The position numbers were made by a program, and so were the translations under genes. Shown here piece after piece: positions 16,079 to 20,000 of a stretch of 20,000 nucleotides of DNA. This DNA comes from an uncultured virus (IMG/VR IMGVR_UViG_3300037067_018977) (Duplodnaviria > Heunggongvirae > Uroviricota > Caudoviricetes), in IMG/VR virus record IMGVR_UViG_3300037067_018977. The stretch is one strand, 5' to 3'. Under the pieces are notes generated by a model, which worked only from the letters and a program-made list of their open reading frames with translations, was not told the origin of the DNA and did no database searches. Each line of letters starts with the position of its first letter. Within the stretch, counting starts at the first letter, position 1.

Positions 16079-16308
16079 CAGGCGCTCGCTTTCAGCGTGC
16101 TGCTACGACCCAGCTCCAGGCCCGCCTCGTACTGACGCAAGGCGTACAAACCGATCTTGCGCAACAGGTCGTAGTGCAGGCGCGCTGCGTGCTGTTCAGC
16201 GTACTGCACCGCGGCCGGGCTCGACGCGGTTGCCTGTTTCGCGCCCATCTCTTTGCCCGCCAGGAGCAGCTCGGTGAGGGAGCGCTCGATGTCTTCCATG
16301 CCTGCCAT
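16078..16308 (-). CDS. hypothetical protein (leaderless start)
   Basis: 76 aa, MAGMEDIERSL..; ATG 7 nt after the -10 hexamer. Confidence 0.7.
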   Translation of the reverse strand: MAGMEDIERSLTELLLAGKEMGAKQATASSPAAVQYAEQHAARLHYDLLRKIGLYALRQYEAGLELGRSSTLKASA

Positions 16309-16344
16309 GACGGCAATGCTGTCAGTGGAGCCGCCGGTTGTCAA
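16308..16344 (-). promoter_or_regulatory. sigma70-like leaderless promoter with 17-bp palindromic operator
   Basis: TTGACA (16344-16339), 17 nt, CAGCAT (16321-16316), 7 nt, ATG; palindrome TGACGGCAATGCTGTCA at 16308-16324 (+ strand). Confidence 0.75.
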
Positions 16345-16589
16345 ACGACTTCGAGTTTCCAAACGCAGGGGTTGTCGTGGTTGAAAACGCTGCCGGCGTT
16401 GTACTGGCACACGAGCCGGTAGAGCTTCCGCCAGTCCGAAGCCACCATCAGCTCAGCACGATAGGTGGTGCGGACACTGCCGTGAGTCTCGCAGATGGCC
16501 GTCAGCACGGACTCCGCAAGTGCCCACAGCGCTTCCTGCTCCGCGCTGGGTGGGTTCCGGACCGCCGACGGAAGGCTGGGGAAGTTCAA
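16341..16589 (-). CDS. hypothetical protein
   Basis: 82 aa; TTG start in a TTGA overlap with the upstream stop. Confidence 0.55.
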   Translation of the reverse strand: MNFPSLPSAVRNPPSAEQEALWALAESVLTAICETHGSVRTTYRAELMVASDWRKLYRLVCQYNAGSVFNHDNPCVWKLEVV

Positions 16590-16906
16590 CTGGCTTCGTC
16601 CGACCCCAGAGAGTTCTGACCCTCGGTGGCGCGGATGCGCTCGCAGAGCACGTCGTAGGCCAGCAAGGTGGCGACGCGGTCGGGCACCACCTGGTCGAGC
16701 GCGGCGTGGATCTCTTCGGAGTACTTCTCGAACTTCGCCGCGAGCACCTCTTCGGCCTTGTTCAGATCTCCACCCACCGCCTTCAACGTGTCCTCGACGA
16801 TGCTTTCCGCCTCGGAGTCTTCCGGGCCGTAGAGCCCGTAGAGACACTCGATGAAGTCCTCGTACAGCTCGGCGTCGGCATCGTCGGGGTCGGGTTCGTT
16901 GGTCAT
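16586..16906 (-). CDS. acidic protein with UBA/CUE-like segment
   Basis: 106 aa, about a quarter D/E; IVEDTLKAVGGDLNKAEEVL. Confidence 0.7.
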   Translation of the reverse strand: MTNEPDPDDADAELYEDFIECLYGLYGPEDSEAESIVEDTLKAVGGDLNKAEEVLAAKFEKYSEEIHAALDQVVPDRVATLLAYDVLCERIRATEGQNSLGSDEAS

Positions 16907-16916
16907 GGTGGGCGGA

Positions 16917-16945
16917 AGTCTCTGGCTGCGGTGCTGTCAAGTCAA
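16917..16945 (-). promoter_or_regulatory. possible promoter with a degenerate operator copy
   Basis: TTGACT (16945-16940), 17 nt, GAGACT; the spacer 16923-16939 reads TGGCTGCGGTGCTGTCA on +, with a perfect TGCTGTCA half-site. Confidence 0.45.
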
Positions 16946-17415
16946 GTCGGTTCTTTGGGGTCCGGTCCCAGGATGTTGCGCAAGCGACGGGCGTAGTCCG
17001 AGACGGCAAAGAAAAACGCGCGCGCCTCGGCAACGAGCTGCGGCTTGGTGCGCGGCACTGCGGGCTTCAGCGGTGGCTGTTGGAGCCCAGGCGAAGCAAG
17101 GAACTTTTCCAGCTCGATAAGGAACCCGCGCAACCTGCGCTCCTGCTCCGTGTGCTTCTTCGTGTCATCGGAGAGCTTGTGCTGCGCATGCTTCAGCTCG
17201 GCCTGAAGCTTCACGATGTCAGGCGTGACGCGCGGCCGTCGCAGTAGGTAGGTGTTGCCTGGACCGAAGTAGGGATGAATCTGAACGAAGCCCTCCACGA
17301 TCTCCCAGCCGCCGTCGCGCGTGCGCTCCTCCAGCTCCTTTCCGTGAACGTCACAGTAGACGTAGTCCGTGGACTTCGTTGTCATTGTCATTGTCTTGGT
17401 CTTGGATGCGGTCAT
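16942..17415 (-). CDS. hypothetical protein (weakly DUF4177-like N-terminus plus coiled coil)
   Basis: 157 aa; ELEERTRDGGWEIVE..YLLRRP; SD AAGGA. Confidence 0.7.
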   Translation of the reverse strand: MTASKTKTMTMTTKSTDYVYCDVHGKELEERTRDGGWEIVEGFVQIHPYFGPGNTYLLRRPRVTPDIVKLQAELKHAQHKLSDDTKKHTEQERRLRGFLIELEKFLASPGLQQPPLKPAVPRTKPQLVAEARAFFFAVSDYARRLRNILGPDPKEPT

Positions 17416-17666
17416 GGTTCGGTTCCTTCTTTCAGGCGTAGGAGCACCAACTCCCGGTCTCGATTGAACAGCGGCGACGAGCAGCCTGCCCCGAAGGCAG
17501 GCGAGATCTCGGAGGCGGGGTCAGTCTGGATCTCCGCGTAGCGCTCGCAGAGATACTGGCCCGCGCTGGACTCCGGATCAGGCACCAGATGCACGCAGGG
17601 CACACCGTGCCCGTACGGGCAGGGAGCCTTCCGGCAGCAGTAGCCGCTCCGCACGCAGGCGCTCAC
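17412..17666 (-). CDS. YkgJ / CxxCxxCC-like cysteine-cluster protein
   Basis: CVRSGYCCRKAPC..PCVHL..YLCERY..GC; second Cys of the motif replaced by Ser; GTGA overlap. Confidence 0.65.
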   Translation of the reverse strand: MSACVRSGYCCRKAPCPYGHGVPCVHLVPDPESSAGQYLCERYAEIQTDPASEISPAFGAGCSSPLFNRDRELVLLRLKEGTEP

Positions 17667-17977
17667 GGGTACTCCGCATCCTCCGCGAACTCCGCCGCGA
17701 GCTTCGCCTGCAGCGCTGCAGCCTTCCGGAGATGGTCCGTCAAGTCGCGCTCCACGCTGGAGTGGAAGGCAGCAATGGCCTCTTCCCGCGATTCGAAGGC
17801 GCGGGGATACTGCTCGGTGCGATCGATGTGCAGCACGAAGCCGAACGCGGCGAGCCGCTCGGTGACGAGATACCGCTTCGCGGTGACCTCTGCAGTGCAG
17901 CTTTCGACCTGGGGCTTTCGATTGGGCCAAGCCAAGTCCGAGACGCCGTAGATCCGCACCGTGACCTTCTTGCTCAT
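17663..17977 (-). CDS. hypothetical protein
   Basis: 104 aa, SD GAGGAG, ATGA coupling. Confidence 0.7.
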   Translation of the reverse strand: MSKKVTVRIYGVSDLAWPNRKPQVESCTAEVTAKRYLVTERLAAFGFVLHIDRTEQYPRAFESREEAIAAFHSSVERDLTDHLRKAAALQAKLAAEFAEDAEYP

Positions 17978-18639
17978 GATGCGAACAGCTCCTCTTGTGC
18001 GTCCTCGGCACGGACCACCTTGACCAGCCTAGCTCCGTCACCGAGCTTCTTTTGGAGCGCGAGCGCGCGGTCCGGGATGGCGCCTTCATCCTCGATCACC
18101 AGGTCCACGCGCGTGGGGCGGAAGGCGCTGAAGATCCCGGGGCGCCCTTCCTTGGCTCCGGGGTCCCACACTGCCGTGCGGTGCGCCAGGTAGACCCAGG
18201 TCTCGCCCAGCACGAACTCCCGCGGCAGTGCGCTCACCTTGCGGGAGACGCCGAGCTGCGCGGCCTCGCGCAGGAACTCCTCGGCAGACCGATAGAACTT
18301 CTCGCCCACCCAGAGCAGCCCGTGGCGCCCCTCCGGGATAGCTTGCCCCGCGGGACAGCTCCGGCACACCTTGGGAGCAACATCCTGGCACGTGCGCTCC
18401 GTGGCCCCCGCATCGAGCGGCTGGCGCTGGGTGAGAAGCTGGCTCGGCGTGATCCAGGTCCAGCCGCGCGTCGGCTTGATGCCGGAGCCACAGCACGGGC
18501 AGACCTCCAGGGGCACTGGCAGCCGCCCACAGGCTCGGGACAGCGTGGTGCCCATGAGATAGATGCCCACGCCGCTCTTGCTGGGTTTGCGGTAGCCGCA
18601 CCCGCGGCGCGCTTCGATGGACAGATGCACGGGGGTCAT
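17974..18639 (-). CDS. Cys-rich phage hypothetical protein
   Basis: 221 aa; RRGCGYRK, CGRLP, CPCCG, CRSC. Confidence 0.8.
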   Translation of the reverse strand: MTPVHLSIEARRGCGYRKPSKSGVGIYLMGTTLSRACGRLPVPLEVCPCCGSGIKPTRGWTWITPSQLLTQRQPLDAGATERTCQDVAPKVCRSCPAGQAIPEGRHGLLWVGEKFYRSAEEFLREAAQLGVSRKVSALPREFVLGETWVYLAHRTAVWDPGAKEGRPGIFSAFRPTRVDLVIEDEGAIPDRALALQKKLGDGARLVKVVRAEDAQEELFAS

Positions 18640-18974
18640 GGTGCTTCCTTGCCTGCGAGCACTTCGTTCTGGAGCACGCGCATCTTCTTCTCGACGTCAT
18701 CCAACCGCGCGCGCGCCCTGCTCATCATCTCCTTGGCCCGCATGAGATCGTCCTTCAGTCGCTCCTGATCTGCCTGCAGGCGTTTGAAGCTAGAGCCCTT
18801 CAGGTAAGGCATCACGCTCGCAGCGGCGTTCATGATCGAGCTGCCGGTGCCAGAGGTCAGCTGTGTGTACTGCTCCACATACGTGACCCGGAAGCCGTTC
18901 ACGTGGGAGGTCACTTCGAGCCTACGAGACAGGTCACCTTGCAACCAAGCACGGAGTTGGTCTTCGGTGCTCAT
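18636..18974 (-). CDS. hypothetical protein with C-terminal coiled coil
   Basis: 112 aa, SD GGAGGGA. Confidence 0.7.
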   Translation of the reverse strand: MSTEDQLRAWLQGDLSRRLEVTSHVNGFRVTYVEQYTQLTSGTGSSIMNAAASVMPYLKGSSFKRLQADQERLKDDLMRAKEMMSRARARLDDVEKKMRVLQNEVLAGKEAP

Positions 18975-18979
18975 ACGGG

Positions 18980-19264
18980 CTAGGTCCCTCCCAGCTTGCG
19001 AGCGCGCCGCCCGAGCTTGCGAAGCGCCTTCAGACCTTCGTGGGGCGGCAGCGTGGAGATGAAGTGAAGCTCCTCGGCCATCACGTTGTACGCGCTAGCG
19101 CGTCCCCGCGCCTCGGCCAGCGTTTCCGGGTCGTTGGACCCGCCCGGAGCCGGCTCGCGGTAGTGGTCGGAACGCATCCGAGCATTTTCGCTCGCGATCA
19201 GCAGGGCTTCGCGCCAGTTCATGGGCTGTGACACGGGGCGCCCCTCCGAACCTTCCTTGACCAT
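18980..19264 (-). CDS. hypothetical protein (leaderless start)
   Basis: 94 aa, MVKEGSEG..; ATG 7 nt after the -10 hexamer. Confidence 0.65.
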   Translation of the reverse strand: MVKEGSEGRPVSQPMNWREALLIASENARMRSDHYREPAPGGSNDPETLAEARGRASAYNVMAEELHFISTLPPHEGLKALRKLGRRARKLGGT

Positions 19265-19300
19265 GGCAGCAATGCTGTCACCGGCAGCGAGGGCTGTCAA
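19264..19300 (-). promoter_or_regulatory. sigma70-like leaderless promoter with 17-bp palindromic operator
   Basis: TTGACA (19300-19295), 17 nt, CAGCAT (19277-19272), 7 nt, ATG; palindrome TGGCAGCAATGCTGTCA at 19264-19280 (+ strand). Confidence 0.75.
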
Positions 19301-19810
19301 GGGTTGCGTGGAAGCCCCGGAAGCATGCTGTTCTCGGCTTGCTGGAGGGTTTCCTCCCGCCAGGCCAGCAGGGCCGGGGCATCGAACAGAATGTCTCCCA
19401 CCAGGATGCCTTCCAGGAAACTCGCGATCTCCACGGTGACAATCAGATCGTGGAATGCGGTGAGCGCCAGTGGCACGTACCCATTGAACTGCGCCCGGGT
19501 GTCTGCGTTCCACAAGCGGCACCACCAGAGCGGATTGGTGAGCACGATCGCGCGGAACACGGGAGCGAGGACTGGGCTCTTCTACCGAACAGGGGGACGC
19601 CGTATGAACGCGCTGGTTCGTGAAGGCCCGCAGTCGCTCGTAAGGCACGCGCAGCGGAGTGCCCGGCGGCAGAAACAGATTCAAGTGATGCTCGATCTGT
19701 GGATGAGTCGTCCAGTCGTCGACACCCGCGAGCACCAGGAGCGTCTTCGAACTCGACAGCTCGCTCCGCAGCTTCGCGAACCTCTCGGTCAGCTCTTCCG
19801 CTTCGCCCAT
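19297..19810 (-). pseudogene. hypothetical protein with an apparent +1 frameshift near 19575
   Basis: MGEAEELTERF.. frame loses GC3 bias after ..SVEEP; the +1 frame continues VLAPVFRAIVLTNPLWW..PRNP* and stops inside the next promoter's TTGACA. Confidence 0.5.
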
Positions 19811-20000
19811 AGGAACACCATCTCGGGTTCGTAGAGATGTTTCTCGATCGCTTGCTGCAGGTTCGGATCGTGTTTCCACTCCATGCGCCGCGCGAACGAG
19901 GGCACCATGCTGACCAGGTGCCAGCTGGTGTCGTCGTTGGGAGGGTTCACTTCGGCCCACGAGCACCCGGTCGTCGTCCAGAACTTGTAATGCTTGCTCG
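19789..20000 (-). CDS. hypothetical protein, 5' end outside the window
   Basis: open frame ..SKHYKFWTTTGCSWAEVNPPNDDTSWHLVSMVP..EMVFLWAKRKS*, high GC3. Confidence 0.65.
   Translation of the reverse strand, partial: SKHYKFWTTTGCSWAEVNPPNDDTSWHLVSMVPSFARRMEWKHDPNLQQAIEKHLYEPEMVFLWAKRKS

Noticed and set aside
19582..19584. Stop-codon reassignment (TAG readthrough)
   Set aside because: TAG ends genes normally (8294, 13311, 18980), and the frame upstream of this TAG is not coding-like.
18980..19966. Single 328-aa ORF
   Set aside because: It spans parts of three genes and a promoter; better explained by a frameshift near 19575.
1..20000. CRISPR array, tRNA, IS element, DGR or retron
   Set aside because: No regularly spaced repeats, cloverleaf, transposase or reverse transcriptase motifs were seen by eye.

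Overview
High-GC (roughly two-thirds by eye), densely packed accessory or early-gene region of a large phage or prophage. The lipoprotein style hints at a Myxococcota host. No capsid, terminase, integrase, rRNA, tRNA or CRISPR array is visible. About 30 mostly translationally coupled genes (ATGA/GTGA/TGATG overlaps) run on the + strand from 1 to 13311. About 17 run on the - strand from 20000 to 13417, and the two arms converge on a hairpin-rich spacer. Recognisable products: a MazG-like pyrophosphohydrolase with an internal duplication, a YfdR-like HD 5'-deoxynucleotidase, thymidylate kinase, a YspA/DUF2493 SLOG protein, a GT4 glycosyltransferase, a DUF2829/Tad2-like anti-defence candidate, a probable tandem-RHH protein, an FkbM methyltransferase, a Gly/Cys-rich lipoprotein and a dual-specificity phosphatase. 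The most notable non-coding signal is a 17-bp palindrome (consensus TGACAGCA-W-TGCTGTCA). It sits over the -10/+1 region of three sigma70-like promoters, two of them apparently leaderless, with a degenerate fourth copy, implying an undescribed phage regulon. There are also two apparent +1 frameshifts and one 10-N assembly gap.
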